A stretch of 64,000 nt of DNA from a virus. The notes beneath the pieces were generated by a model, which saw only the letters and a list, made by a program, of their open reading frames with translations, made no database searches and was not told the DNA's origin. Shown here piece after piece: positions 1 through 8,729 of this stretch (position 1 is the stretch's first letter; each line of letters opens with the position of its first letter). A program made the position numbers and the translations under genes. Where the stretch lies: IMG/VR virus record IMGVR_UViG_3300050821_004383, positions 34,516 to 98,515 of that record, one strand, 5' to 3'.

Positions 1-33
1 CTACCACGGAAGCGGAGCGTTGTCAAGAACTAT

Positions 34-207
34 TTACAGAACGGCCTTCACGCGGGCAATGACTGCCTTTGCGTCAGCAACGACTTCTGCTTCAATCTTT
101 GCAATCTCGGCCTTGACAGCACTTAGCTTCAAGTTGGCCGGATGCTTTACTCGCCCGAAGCCGAAGCCTACGGCGAGCGCTACTGTAACTGCTGCGATGG
201 TGAACAT
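34..207 (-). CDS. small membrane-anchored protein (holin/lysis accessory candidate)
   Basis: AAGGAG RBS before MFTIAAVTVALAVGFGFG; N-terminal hydrophobic helix then an amphipathic helix. Confidence 0.55.
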   Translation of the reverse strand: MFTIAAVTVALAVGFGFGRVKHPANLKLSAVKAEIAKIEAEVVADAKAVIARVKAVL

Positions 208-477
208 TGATTGCTCCTTAGTTATTCGGCCCGTGAGTCTTGTGGTTCGCCTCATGGGAATTGATTGGGTATCTGTTTTCGCCCGTCTGCTGTTTCGCTA
301 GACGTACTGCCGCGCCCTTCTCAATCGTGGGCGACGCCTGGACGTGCTTGTCTTCTGCCGGGACACCGACACGGGTCGGCGGCGTATCTGTGAAAGTCGG
401 ATTTACGGGAGGCGCATCGTGTTCGCCGCGATTCAAGTTACCGTTGCGTGTTGTTTCTGGGAACTGCATAAACCCTC

Positions 478-654
478 TTATGGATAAATCTTCTCGTACA
501 ACCAACCTGCCATCGAGACGCCGAGTCCGACGTAAGCAACCAGCGGGTGACGGAGAACCAAGCCGCCGAATGCCAGCATGTAACCGACGAACTGGAGCCA
601 AGGTTGAATCTTGATGTATTGGTCAATGCTGTTGAAAATCGTTGAGAGACTCAT
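478..654 (-). CDS. 58-aa two-TM membrane protein (not in ORF track)
   Basis: Hand translation MSLSTIFNSIDQYIKIQPWLQFVGYMLAFGGLVLRHPLVAYVGLGVSMAGWLYEKIYP; GGAG RBS; ATGA overlap with the upstream gene. Confidence 0.6.
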   Translation of the reverse strand: MSLSTIFNSIDQYIKIQPWLQFVGYMLAFGGLVLRHPLVAYVGLGVSMAGWLYEKIYP

Positions 655-818
655 ATCACTCCGTCCTTCTTAAGTCTTAACATGTCACCAACGAAATGAA
701 CCGCGAATGCCACACTAAACAGAACCTGTGATAGTCCTCGAAGAAACAGGAGAACGGCTAGCGCTGCAACGAAGCCTGCTGTTTGAATCACTAAAATCGT
801 TTTGTCTGAGAACTTCAT
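651..818 (-). CDS. 55-aa two-TM membrane protein (not in ORF track)
   Basis: Hand translation MKFSDKTILVIQTAGFVAALAVLLFLRGLSQVLFSVAFAVHFVGDMLRLKKDGVI; tightly packed in the operon. Confidence 0.6.
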   Translation of the reverse strand: MKFSDKTILVIQTAGFVAALAVLLFLRGLSQVLFSVAFAVHFVGDMLRLKKDGVI

Positions 819-819
819 C

Positions 820-933
820 TCAAGTCCAAGGTAGAACGTACTCGGTGTAAATCACTAGAACAGCGAAAATAATCATGACGACCACAGCGATAGCGCCGAG
901 AACTACGAGTCCACCGAGAGCAATCTTCTTCAT
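820..933 (-). CDS. 37-aa single-TM peptide (not in ORF track)
   Basis: MKKIALGGLVVLGAIAVVVMIIFAVLVIYTEYVLPWT; ATGA overlap with 930..1112. Confidence 0.55.
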   Translation of the reverse strand: MKKIALGGLVVLGAIAVVVMIIFAVLVIYTEYVLPWT

Positions 934-1112
934 GACTTCTTGTGCTCCACGAGCCTTCCGCCTGTGAGAGAACCGGGGTCCTTCCCACGCATGATGGCAC
1001 GCATCGAACTGCCCTTGTATTCGTAAACTCTGTGTCCGTCCGGATTCTCGAAGGTGACGCGGACTGTGTTGTTGTCAATCTTCTCTTTCGAGAGAATGTT
1101 CTTCTTGCTCAT
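930..1112 (-). CDS. hypothetical protein
   Basis: ORF with ATGA couplings on both sides. Confidence 0.6.
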   Translation of the reverse strand: MSKKNILSKEKIDNNTVRVTFENPDGHRVYEYKGSSMRAIMRGKDPGSLTGGRLVEHKKS

Positions 1113-1252
1113 TGTCGGAGCCTGTTAGACATCTGCACGAGTTCGTGAAGAGTCATCTCGTCTGGGAGTTCGTTGAAGTCCACGCCGAGGTCGAGCAATT
1201 CCTCGAAGAGTTCTTCAACGTCTTCTGAGGAATAAATGTCTTTGTACTTCAT
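1109..1252 (-). CDS. 47-aa acidic protein (not in ORF track)
   Basis: MKYKDIYSSEDVEELFEELLDLGVDFNELPDEMTLHELVQMSNRLRQ; 13 of 47 residues D/E; ATGA overlaps at both ends. Confidence 0.55.
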   Translation of the reverse strand: MKYKDIYSSEDVEELFEELLDLGVDFNELPDEMTLHELVQMSNRLRQ

Positions 1253-1500
1253 GCGAGTGCTCTCTGGTAGAAGACGAACCACTTAGTGATTCTGGGTTCT
1301 TCTCCGCGCGTCTTCAACCACATCTTCTCGCCGGGTCGGAGAACGTAAACGGCCTTGTCGTGGGTTAGTTCCACTTCATGCTTGCCGACGTTGTGGAACT
1401 GGAACTGCTTTCTAAAGTCGCTCGGGTCCATAGTGACGGTGCACTGGACTCCTGCGTCCCAACAAATGTTATTGAACTCTTTCGAGACGTAATCAGGCAC
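1249..1500 (-). CDS. hypothetical protein
   Basis: ORF packed into the minus-strand operon. Confidence 0.5.
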   Translation of the reverse strand: MPDYVSKEFNNICWDAGVQCTVTMDPSDFRKQFQFHNVGKHEVELTHDKAVYVLRPGEKMWLKTRGEEPRITKWFVFYQRALA

Positions 1501-1789
1501 GGGAGGTCTCGGACAAGAATCTGTAACTCTGTCCGGCTCGGTGACTTAACTCAGCGGCGGCTTCCGCCACGGAGTCGTCTATCGCGGACGCAAGAGCGAA
1601 GCTGGAGAAGTTCGCGTAATCCGCGTAGCCGCTAATGACAGCGTCCTGCCCCATGATGTACGTTGTGTACGCCGCTGGTGCAGCAACGGGTGCCACGCAA
1701 GCGGGTCCCTCGGAAAGGAGGATGCTTGGGGCGACTGCGGCCCCCACTGCTCCCACCCCTAGCCATTGAAGGAACTTGCGGCGGTTCAC
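1493..1789 (-). CDS. twin-arginine (Tat) signal protein with capsid-like segments
   Basis: MNRRKFLQWLGVGAVGAAVAP matches the Tat consensus RRxFL plus an h-region. Confidence 0.7.
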   Translation of the reverse strand: MNRRKFLQWLGVGAVGAAVAPSILLSEGPACVAPVAAPAAYTTYIMGQDAVISGYADYANFSSFALASAIDDSVAEAAAELSHRAGQSYRFLSETSRA

Positions 1790-2406
1790 GGTCTCGGTGC
1801 CTTCGGTCGTCCTAGGAGAAACGCGGATTGCGCTTCACGAAGGTCGTTAAGAAGTTCAGCCTCTGCTTCCAATCTTTGAACTCGCGATTCCAAATCTGTA
1901 GTCGTGTCGTAAACGCCGGACAACTTCTTGTTGACCCAAACGTGGTCGGACGGCATCGACGGCGCTGGTGCTGGGTTGCCCAGCGACTTCTCAATCTTGG
2001 TAACACGCGCTTCCACGCCTACCATGTGCTGGTAAGCAGCGTTTCCTACGCCGACCTGACTTTCAACTTGGCCGACGCGCTCGTTCAAGCGCTGAATCTG
2101 TTTCAACAGCGCTTCCACATCTTTGCGAACTTGGTCGAAACCCTTCTGGGTCGATTCGCGGAGATTGACCAGCGATTGAACGTTAGACTGGTCGCGGAGG
2201 GTCTGCGCGGTCTCTCGCTTGTCGTTCACAGCGATGGCTTCATTCAGCTTCACGAGAATCTCTTCTTCTCGTTTGAATGATAGTTTCGCTACATCGATAA
2301 CTCGGCTTTCTACCGCACGAATCTCGTCGGTGTTAGCGGCAGTTTTGCCGATTAAATCGAATACCAAGTCGATGATAGATGGCTTGGGGGTCTTCTTGTT
2401 TGACAT
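1786..2406 (-). CDS. coiled-coil protein
   Basis: Heptad-rich sequence; AAGGA RBS. Confidence 0.7.
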   Translation of the reverse strand: MSNKKTPKPSIIDLVFDLIGKTAANTDEIRAVESRVIDVAKLSFKREEEILVKLNEAIAVNDKRETAQTLRDQSNVQSLVNLRESTQKGFDQVRKDVEALLKQIQRLNERVGQVESQVGVGNAAYQHMVGVEARVTKIEKSLGNPAPAPSMPSDHVWVNKKLSGVYDTTTDLESRVQRLEAEAELLNDLREAQSAFLLGRPKAPRP

Positions 2407-2418
2407 TGGGTACGTCCT

Positions 2419-3111
2419 TTACTTTCCGCTTTTGCGGGATTGGGTCTTACGTGACTTTCGAATCTTGGTGTTTCTCTTAATGGGTTCGGGGTCGAAACCG
2501 CGAACACGATTCTCGGGAATCAGTGTAGACGGCTTACTCATTGCCTTCTCTCGCTGGCGCAAGTGGCGTAGCTTAATGCCACGCTCCACGATTGATTCCG
2601 GTGCTTCCTTCGGGTCCGGGTGTGGAAGAAGTGCGCCGAGGATTGGGTCGTCCGCCTTGATGCGTCCGTTTTCCAAACCTTGGGTGATGCTCTTCCAAAA
2701 CAGGTCGGTCGATTCTTTGATGCGCTGACGGTACTCGTCTGAGTAGGTCGGCACGGGTCCCGGGTCTCTCTTACCGCTTGCTACCTCGGAACTGGCACGG
2801 GTGTTGGAACTGGGAAGGTCGTACAACTGATTGAAGGCGTTGACCAAGTCTTTCTGGTCGGAGCGAGCCTTCAAACCACAGTTGTACAAACACTTGACTT
2901 CGGTGACACCGTTAGGGAACGTGAAGACGCTGAGGTTGTAGTCTTTCCCTATTCCGTTCAAAGAACTGCGACGACCGCCGCCCTTCAAGTGGGTGCAAGC
3001 GAACCTGAGTTTGCTTTTGAACTGTTCGAGGACGTTCGCGAGGGAATACTTCCCCGGCGCAACCCTTTCCAACTGTTCTAGGAGGAACTGCTCAACTGTC
3101 TGTGTTGCCAT
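2419..3111 (-). CDS. hypothetical protein, first gene of the leftward operon (possible Cys/His metal site)
   Basis: 230-aa ORF; CTH...CLYNC; basic C-terminus. Confidence 0.7.
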   Translation of the reverse strand: MATQTVEQFLLEQLERVAPGKYSLANVLEQFKSKLRFACTHLKGGGRRSSLNGIGKDYNLSVFTFPNGVTEVKCLYNCGLKARSDQKDLVNAFNQLYDLPSSNTRASSEVASGKRDPGPVPTYSDEYRQRIKESTDLFWKSITQGLENGRIKADDPILGALLPHPDPKEAPESIVERGIKLRHLRQREKAMSKPSTLIPENRVRGFDPEPIKRNTKIRKSRKTQSRKSGK

Positions 3112-3408
3112 TGGGTGCTTCCTATCCGGCGAACCGGGATTGGTACTTCATCGGTACTGCTAGCCCCGCTGTGCGGGTATAAGGTCTTAGCTCAAAAAGT
3201 GTAGTACACTGTAATCCGTTGTTAGTGACGACACGTACGTGTCACGACGTATTTGCAATCCGACCCGGGTATCTGCCGGGGGACCCTAGTCACGTGACGG
3301 GTAGCGGTGTAGAGCGGGGTTGCCACGTAAACGTCTACGAGCCAGCGAAGCCGCCTAGGGGCGACTACGGCATGCCAACCACCTACCCCCTACGATTGGC
3401 CCTCGACG

Positions 3409-3762
3409 TGCTGGGGGAGCAAATTTTCTACCAAACTCTAACTCATTGAAAACAAATAACATCATGTTTCGCTGCGAGTTCGCTGTCGGCTCGACACCTC
3501 AGTTCGTTGCGCGTTGCAAATCGTTGCAAGGAGGGTTGGCGGTTAATAAGGCATTAACCGTCAAAGGCCCGAAAGAGCGCTAAGTCGCTGATAATAAAGG
3601 CTTTCAGGTTTGGCAAGCCGATTGCTGGGGGAGCAAATTCGTTGCCAAACTTGCAAACTGTTGAAAATAAAGGATTTGTTGGAGAAATTTTCGTTCTTAA
3701 GATTTCGCTGGCAATCACTCGCGCGATACTCGGTCGAGTCACTGGCTTGTAAGTGATTGATT
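3409..3762. promoter_or_regulatory. cluster of IHF-like boxes with direct and inverted repeats (packaging/terminus-like region)
   Basis: YAANNNNTTGATW-like sites at 3439, 3581, 3654 and 3750 (the last a perfect match); 17-bp direct repeat TGCTGGGGGAGCAAATT at 3409 and 3623; GTTTGGCAA/TTGCCAAAC inverted repeat at 3608-3650. Confidence 0.45.
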
Positions 3763-3848
3763 GTGTTGAGGTTGTTGGTGAGTTCGAGCGTTTAAGTTTG
3801 GGTTGATTCTGACTGAATCGTCACCCGAGACGGTCACCATCTTCCTTC

Positions 3849-3873
3849 CATAGGTAGCTGCTAACTGCCTCAT
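3849..3873 (-). promoter_or_regulatory. ATGAGGCA-box putative phage-specific promoter pointing into the leftward operon
   Basis: Reverse complement ATGAGGCAGTTAGCAGCTACCTATG; related boxes at 13551, 14007, 18711 and 33931. Confidence 0.45.
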
Positions 3874-4056
3874 TGATTTTATCTTCATTGTTGTCATCGT
3901 GTTATAGACTATGCTTCGAACGAGCCTTGATAACACTTCGAAGCCCAGGCCGGGAATCAAGCGTGTCACTCGCCTGCCGTTCGATTGTGTCATAGTGTCA
4001 TAATTGTGTCATAAATGACCTTTTTGGCACTTAACCTTATGAATCAACTGGTCTTA

Positions 4057-4282
4057 CACGAATAGTGTCATACGAAAAGGGCTGTTGCAGGTATTACGCG
4101 GCGTGCAAACTGATATCATTTCGAAAATAGAACCTTGATTTATATAATATATGATTTTTCATATTATTCTTCTGAATGTAACACCCCCCTCAAACTGATA
4201 TCATTTCGAGGTGCAAACTGATATCATTTGTGCGCTCGCCTGTAATACCTGCAAACGGCATTTTCGTATGACACAATTCGTG
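4057..4282. repeat. 41-bp imperfect inverted repeat flanking an AT-rich core (origin-like)
   Basis: CACGAATAGTGTCATACGAAAAGGGCTGTTGCAGGTATTAC (4057-4097) is mirrored at 4242-4282; AT-rich tract at about 4125-4180. Confidence 0.75.
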
Positions 4283-4574
4283 CAACTCTTGTAGAATGAG
4301 CACTATAAGCCACAAAAATAGTGTCATACAGCATCCATGACAGAATGACAGAATAGCCTAGATGACACGCAAACTGATATCATTGTGCGTCCAAACTGAT
4401 ATCATTGTGCGTCCAAACTGATATCATTGTGCGTCCAAACTGATATCATTGTGCGTCCAAACTGATATCAGTTTACGCGTGACCCCAACACCTGCACCCG
4501 CGTCAGTGACCCTCTCAAACTGATATCAGTTCGCGTACCAAGCCGCATTTCGTGCTTGACACTGATATCAGTTT
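4106..4574. repeat. ten ACTGATATCA boxes, five in a 22-bp tandem array (about 4370-4474)
   Basis: Copies at 4107, 4192, 4215, 4371, 4393, 4415, 4437, 4459, 4517 and 4561; unit CAAACTGATATCATTGTGCGTC; perfect palindrome AAACTGATATCAGTTT at 4459. Confidence 0.9.
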
Positions 4575-4585
4575 CGTGCTATGCT
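4556..4585 (+). promoter_or_regulatory. sigma70-like promoter with a TGATATCA box in its spacer
   Basis: TTGACA (4556)-18 bp-TATGCT (4580) with extended -10 TG. Confidence 0.6.
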
Positions 4586-4604
4586 CCCGGTCGGAGGTGA
4601 GATT

Positions 4605-4772
4605 ATGGCCCGCACAGTGAAGAAGGACCAGGACCCCGTCACCCGTGAGTTTACCGTGGTGGACACGCAAACGAAGCTGATTCTCTTTCGCTCCCAGGAG
4701 CGATACGAGCGAGACAGGTTTTTCATGCAAGAGTGTAAGCGTCGCATCGCCCGAGAAAGAGAGCAACCATGA
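4605..4772 (+). CDS. hypothetical protein, first rightward gene
   Basis: GGAGGTG RBS before ATG MARTVKKDQD. Confidence 0.6.
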   Translation: MARTVKKDQDPVTREFTVVDTQTKLILFRSQERYERDRFFMQECKRRIAREREQP

Positions 4773-4939
4773 CACGCGTGTTGCTCCAATTCACTCCCGA
4801 GATGCTCTCCCGACTAAAACGCCAAGCGGAATTGAAGGGCACGACGCTGGCCGGATTGGTTCGCGTCATCTTGGAGAACTGGCTCGATGGAAAGTACCAG
4901 ACCCCGAGTACCACTCAAAATGAACCGAAAGTACTATAG
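4769..4939 (+). CDS. ribbon-helix-helix (CopG/Arc-like) DNA-binding protein, 56 aa (not in ORF track)
   Basis: MTRVLLQFTPEMLSRLKRQAELKGTTLAGLVRVILENWLDG fits the beta-strand/helix/G-turn/helix RHH pattern; ATGA overlap. Confidence 0.7.
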   Translation: MTRVLLQFTPEMLSRLKRQAELKGTTLAGLVRVILENWLDGKYQTPSTTQNEPKVL

Positions 4940-4968
4940 GTTCTAATCCAGGCTGTGATAGACTAAGC

Positions 4969-5550
4969 GTGTTGGAGGACAGCATGATTAGCAAACAGAC
5001 GGACGCAGGCCGCAACCAATCACACCCCACCGAGCGGAACGATTGCACCGTGGTAGCGCTAGCGAATGCCGCTGGAATATCTTATAGGGAAGCGCACGAG
5101 TTTGCATTCCAGGTCGGACGCCGCCACGGTCATGGATTGAAGAAAGAAGCGATTAGAACCATGCTGCGCAACGTGGACATCTCAGGAGTAGCGACCGCGC
5201 GCGAGTTGGCAACCATAGCGCCCGTGTTTCACATTCACAACAGTGAGAGCATATACGGATATCGCCGCCGCGCACGCCGGACTGGTATCTCGGTCGCATC
5301 CTACCTCGCGACGCTGCCGAAGAAAGGCCGATTCTATCTAGGCTGCACCTCACACGCGTTCGCTTACGTAGACGGCGTAGTGGTGGACAATCTGAGCAGG
5401 CCCAGGACTCGCGCTATCATGCTCCTCGCTTATGAGATTGTCCCGACTGTGAAGAAGGCGGAGACGGTCTCGCCGTCTATCACTCAACCCCAGATTAACG
5501 AGTTGTGGGAGAGACTGAACAAGCTGGAAGCACAAAGGAGAGCATCATGA
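4969..5550 (+). CDS. conserved phage protein, papain-like Cys-His-Asp candidate
   Basis: NDCTVVALA ... HAFAYVDGVVVD pattern. Confidence 0.55.
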   Translation: MLEDSMISKQTDAGRNQSHPTERNDCTVVALANAAGISYREAHEFAFQVGRRHGHGLKKEAIRTMLRNVDISGVATARELATIAPVFHIHNSESIYGYRRRARRTGISVASYLATLPKKGRFYLGCTSHAFAYVDGVVVDNLSRPRTRAIMLLAYEIVPTVKKAETVSPSITQPQINELWERLNKLEAQRRAS

Positions 5551-5698
5551 ACATTCGCCGCATGTGGATAAACCAGCCTTCAACGTCGCAGCCACTTCAT
5601 CATCTGCACGGGACAAACGTGCTAGCGGTCGAGGACGACCGTGGAGCCATCAAAGAACGACCCCAAGTTTGGATTCTATAAGCGCCCGAAGCTGAGCG

Positions 5699-5747
5699 GT
5701 ACCAGTACGGAAGTACCATTGACCTGAAACTCGACTCGCGGTACACT
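5699..5747 (+). promoter_or_regulatory. early promoter with upstream GTAC boxes
   Basis: GTACCAGTACGGAAGTACCA then TTGACC-17-TACACT. Confidence 0.7.
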
Positions 5748-5753
5748 TTAAAC

Positions 5754-5966
5754 ATGGAGGCAACACCAATGATGGGAGCGAGCTACAAGACGAAGAAAGA
5801 ACTCAAGGCCGCAGTCGGACAGCCGCTGCGATATATCGAGACCAGTTTCTTCGGTCCCGAGTTTAAAGAGAACGGCACGTTTTGTGTCGTTGGTCCTTCA
5901 CCCGAGAAGCGCGTTTGGTTCGCATCCGTAACGATGGAGAACGGTCTAATCAAAAAGGTGTCGTAA
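5754..5966 (+). CDS. hypothetical early protein
   Basis: GGAGG RBS (true start probably near 5769); directly downstream of a promoter. Confidence 0.65.
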   Translation: MEATPMMGASYKTKKELKAAVGQPLRYIETSFFGPEFKENGTFCVVGPSPEKRVWFASVTMENGLIKKVS

Positions 5967-6352
5967 TGACTCACACTTTCACATTCCCGTGCACCGCAGA
6001 GGGGAGTCTTCAACGGACTCTCCTCGCTATCAACCTGCAAAAGGTAGGGCACACGACCGAGAACAAAGAGGTAACGGTCGCTGGCACCGTGCTCCTGGTC
6101 TTGGAGGTTACAGGCAAAAGGGCAGGCGAGGGTCTGATTGCCCTTAATATGAAAGCGAGGAAACATGGGAATCGTTAACCCACGTCCCGCAATGAGAGCA
6201 GGCGAGGAGCGACGCCTTCGCAGCACTCTTCAACAGCACCAAGAACTGCGCACCCAGATTCGAGAAGCAGGCGCGGAGGACAGCGTCGCATCTAAGATAG
6301 CGTTCGACATCGTTACCACGCACGCGAAACGGAAAGCAATCTGGGGGGCAAA

Positions 6353-6679
6353 GTGAAACTACTCACGGCAGAAATTATCAAGCGTTTGGAAAAGACCCCG
6401 TTGTACTCGACCGAGAACCAGGACGTGGCACCTGTCCTCGTGAAATTTTTCAACCCCTGCGGCGCTGGCACGTGGTACGCGCTGGAAGCGGAGAAGCAAG
6501 AGGACGGCGACTGGCTGTTCTTCGGGCTGTGCGAAATTCACGAGAAAGAACTCGGCTACTTCACCTTGAGTGAATTGCAATCTGTCTGCCTGCGATTCGG
6601 TCTCAGCATTGAGCGCGATATGTACTTCGATGGTATGGTGGTGGACAAGACAACGAACGACGTACGGAGAGCATCATGA
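6353..6679 (+). CDS. DUF2958-like protein
   Basis: KFFNPCGAGTWYALE ... FFGLC ... ELGYFTLSELQS ... IERDMYF signature. Confidence 0.8.
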   Translation: MKLLTAEIIKRLEKTPLYSTENQDVAPVLVKFFNPCGAGTWYALEAEKQEDGDWLFFGLCEIHEKELGYFTLSELQSVCLRFGLSIERDMYFDGMVVDKTTNDVRRAS

Positions 6680-6911
6680 CATTCCTAATTGTGATTCGAA
6701 ACATAGAGACGAACGAGAAGCGCACCTTCGAAGTCGGCATTGACCCTAACCGCGTTAATCTAAGTCAGGAGTCGGATGCTGTCTTTGCGATTCGTTCTCA
6801 GTACGGATTCTGGGACCGTCAGAAGTATCGCCTGCACAGTCTTCGCGTTATTCCAAACGGTATCATGGAGCATGACAAGGTCGAGGAACTGAAAACATAT
6901 GGAGGCATCTA

Positions 6912-7199
6912 ATGGCACTCTGCGAAAGTTGTAAGATGCAAATACCTACAATGGAAAAGCGCCTGCGTCTCGTGAATAATACTCTCTGGCAATTAGGATT
7001 GGAGTATCACAAACATCTTCCAGTGCACGCGTTGGATTATATCCTAACTTCTCACGGGTTCAATCCTACATCCGTGTGGACATTTCAACCAGGGGGAGAA
7101 GTTCGAATCCACGAAGAAGTTGGTGAAGGAAAATGGTTGTCGGTCGCAGCACACAAGATGGACTCAGGACTCTGGGAAGTAACAGCCTACGTAAACTAG
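6912..7199 (+). CDS. hypothetical early protein
   Basis: GGAGG RBS; HKMDSGLWEVTAYV C-terminal motif. Confidence 0.6.
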   Translation: MALCESCKMQIPTMEKRLRLVNNTLWQLGLEYHKHLPVHALDYILTSHGFNPTSVWTFQPGGEVRIHEEVGEGKWLSVAAHKMDSGLWEVTAYVN

Positions 7200-7207
7200 G
7201 AGGAGGA

Positions 7208-7678
7208 ATGCACCTGCACGCTATCTGGCTCGAAAATGCAATCGTGATAGACAACGCGAAGCACGCCGTTAAAAAGGCGGTCGAGGTATTGAAGGAGAGC
7301 AAGGTCGAATTTGATACCATTGCGTTCTCCGGTATGAGCGGAGCGCTGTTCGCTACTCCCCTAGCGCACCGCATGAACAAGGAAATGATTCTGGTGCGCA
7401 AGAGCAGCGACCAGAGACATAGCTGTCACAGCGTGGAAGGATATCAGGCGGCAAAGCGAGTGCTAATTGTCGATGATATTTGCGCCAGTGGCACCACGGT
7501 GAAACACATCATAGCGGGCATTAGAGCGCACTGCAACGGACCCGTTAAGATTGTGGGAGCATACTTCTACGGAGAAGGCCGAGGCGCGTGGGGAAGCCCG
7601 GTCGGATTCGTGGAAAAGATTCACATAAATACAGAAGGTCTTATTCCTACAATCATTGACATCGAGGTGAGCCAGTGA
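7208..7678 (+). CDS. type I phosphoribosyltransferase-fold protein
   Basis: PRPP-binding loop VLIVDDICASGTT; ILVRK motif; GGAGGAGG RBS. Confidence 0.85.
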   Translation: MHLHAIWLENAIVIDNAKHAVKKAVEVLKESKVEFDTIAFSGMSGALFATPLAHRMNKEMILVRKSSDQRHSCHSVEGYQAAKRVLIVDDICASGTTVKHIIAGIRAHCNGPVKIVGAYFYGEGRGAWGSPVGFVEKIHINTEGLIPTIIDIEVSQ

Positions 7679-7959
7679 ACAGCAAGCGCCTAGCCCTGCT
7701 GTTCATTTTCAAACTCGGATGCATCGCGACCACAGATTGGTTCAACGCGCACCGTGTAACGATTGGTCTAGTGCTCTTATGGTTAGCGTGTATGCCAACA
7801 CAAACCGCGCTCACCGTAGTGAAGGCCAGTAACCCGATGCCGCGCTATTTCGAGGGCTATCTTCCAATCCCAGGACCCAGGCCGGAAGATTGCATCGCGG
7901 TACCGCTAGCGAACCCGAAGCCACAAGACACCGTGGGATATCATCTGGACATCACGACC

Positions 7960-8010
7960 TAGTACTAGTACGTTTTTGTTGTTGACACGGTTTCGCATCT
8001 GTGAGAGGAT
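7960..8010 (+). promoter_or_regulatory. early promoter with upstream GTAC boxes
   Basis: TAGTACTAGTAC upstream of TTGACA (7982)-17-GAGGAT with extended TG. Confidence 0.5.
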
Positions 8011-8016
8011 AACGAC

Positions 8017-8388
8017 ATGGCACGCAAACACATTCAACAGATGAACCAATTGGAACGCGCATTCATTCACGGGTATCTGCGCAGTCCGAAGCGCGACTAC
8101 CACGCGACTACCTCACACTTTCGGGACCGCGCAAGCGAGCGCGTATTCAGCGTACAAGACGCCGTGAACGCACTTCGCAACGGATTGGTAGTCGAGGTCC
8201 ACAACGACCGTGCGCCCTCCCTGCGTGCCCTGGTACGCGATTCTAAGGGCACCTGCGTCATCGTGGAACTGCAAACGGGTCTCATTATCAGCGTGTACTA
8301 CAATTCACCGGATGATAAGCACGAGACGCTAAATTGGGCACCGTACCGATGGACCCAGGACATCGTCGCGCTGGTGAAGGGACTATGA
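8017..8388 (+). CDS. DUF4258-like (colicin E5/RelE-fold) protein
   Basis: TSHFRDRASER ... ALRNGLVVE ... IISVYYN..DDKHETL pattern. Confidence 0.55.
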   Translation: MARKHIQQMNQLERAFIHGYLRSPKRDYHATTSHFRDRASERVFSVQDAVNALRNGLVVEVHNDRAPSLRALVRDSKGTCVIVELQTGLIISVYYNSPDDKHETLNWAPYRWTQDIVALVKGL

Positions 8389-8680
8389 AAATGGATTGGC
8401 TCGACTGGCTCGATTCGTATCACGACGAGTTGATTATCAGCGTCCTGGCGCTCACCGTGATATGGTACTTTCTGCAATAGGAGCGTACGATGAATATCAG
8501 ACAGACAATCATTAAACTGCTCACCCGCTACTTGCCTGAGCATATCATCATGCACTTGTACCACGAGTTGGAACTGGAAGCGAATCATTACGAAACCGTG
8601 GGAGCGCCGATTCGCGCGGCATACATTCGTCGTCAGGTTGCGGTACTACACGAGACCGAGAAGAAGTTGAACGAACTCCC

Positions 8681-8729
8681 GTACCAGTACGAAAGTACTA
8701 TTGACGCGAAACCCAAACCGTGAGATACT
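8681..8729 (+). promoter_or_regulatory. early promoter with upstream GTAC boxes
   Basis: GTACCAGTACGAAAGTACTA then TTGACG-17-GATACT; same AACATGGAGG leader as the 5699 promoter. Confidence 0.7.

Noticed and set aside
4370-4474. CRISPR array
   Set aside because: The 22-bp units are directly tandem with no unique spacers, and no cas operon is present.
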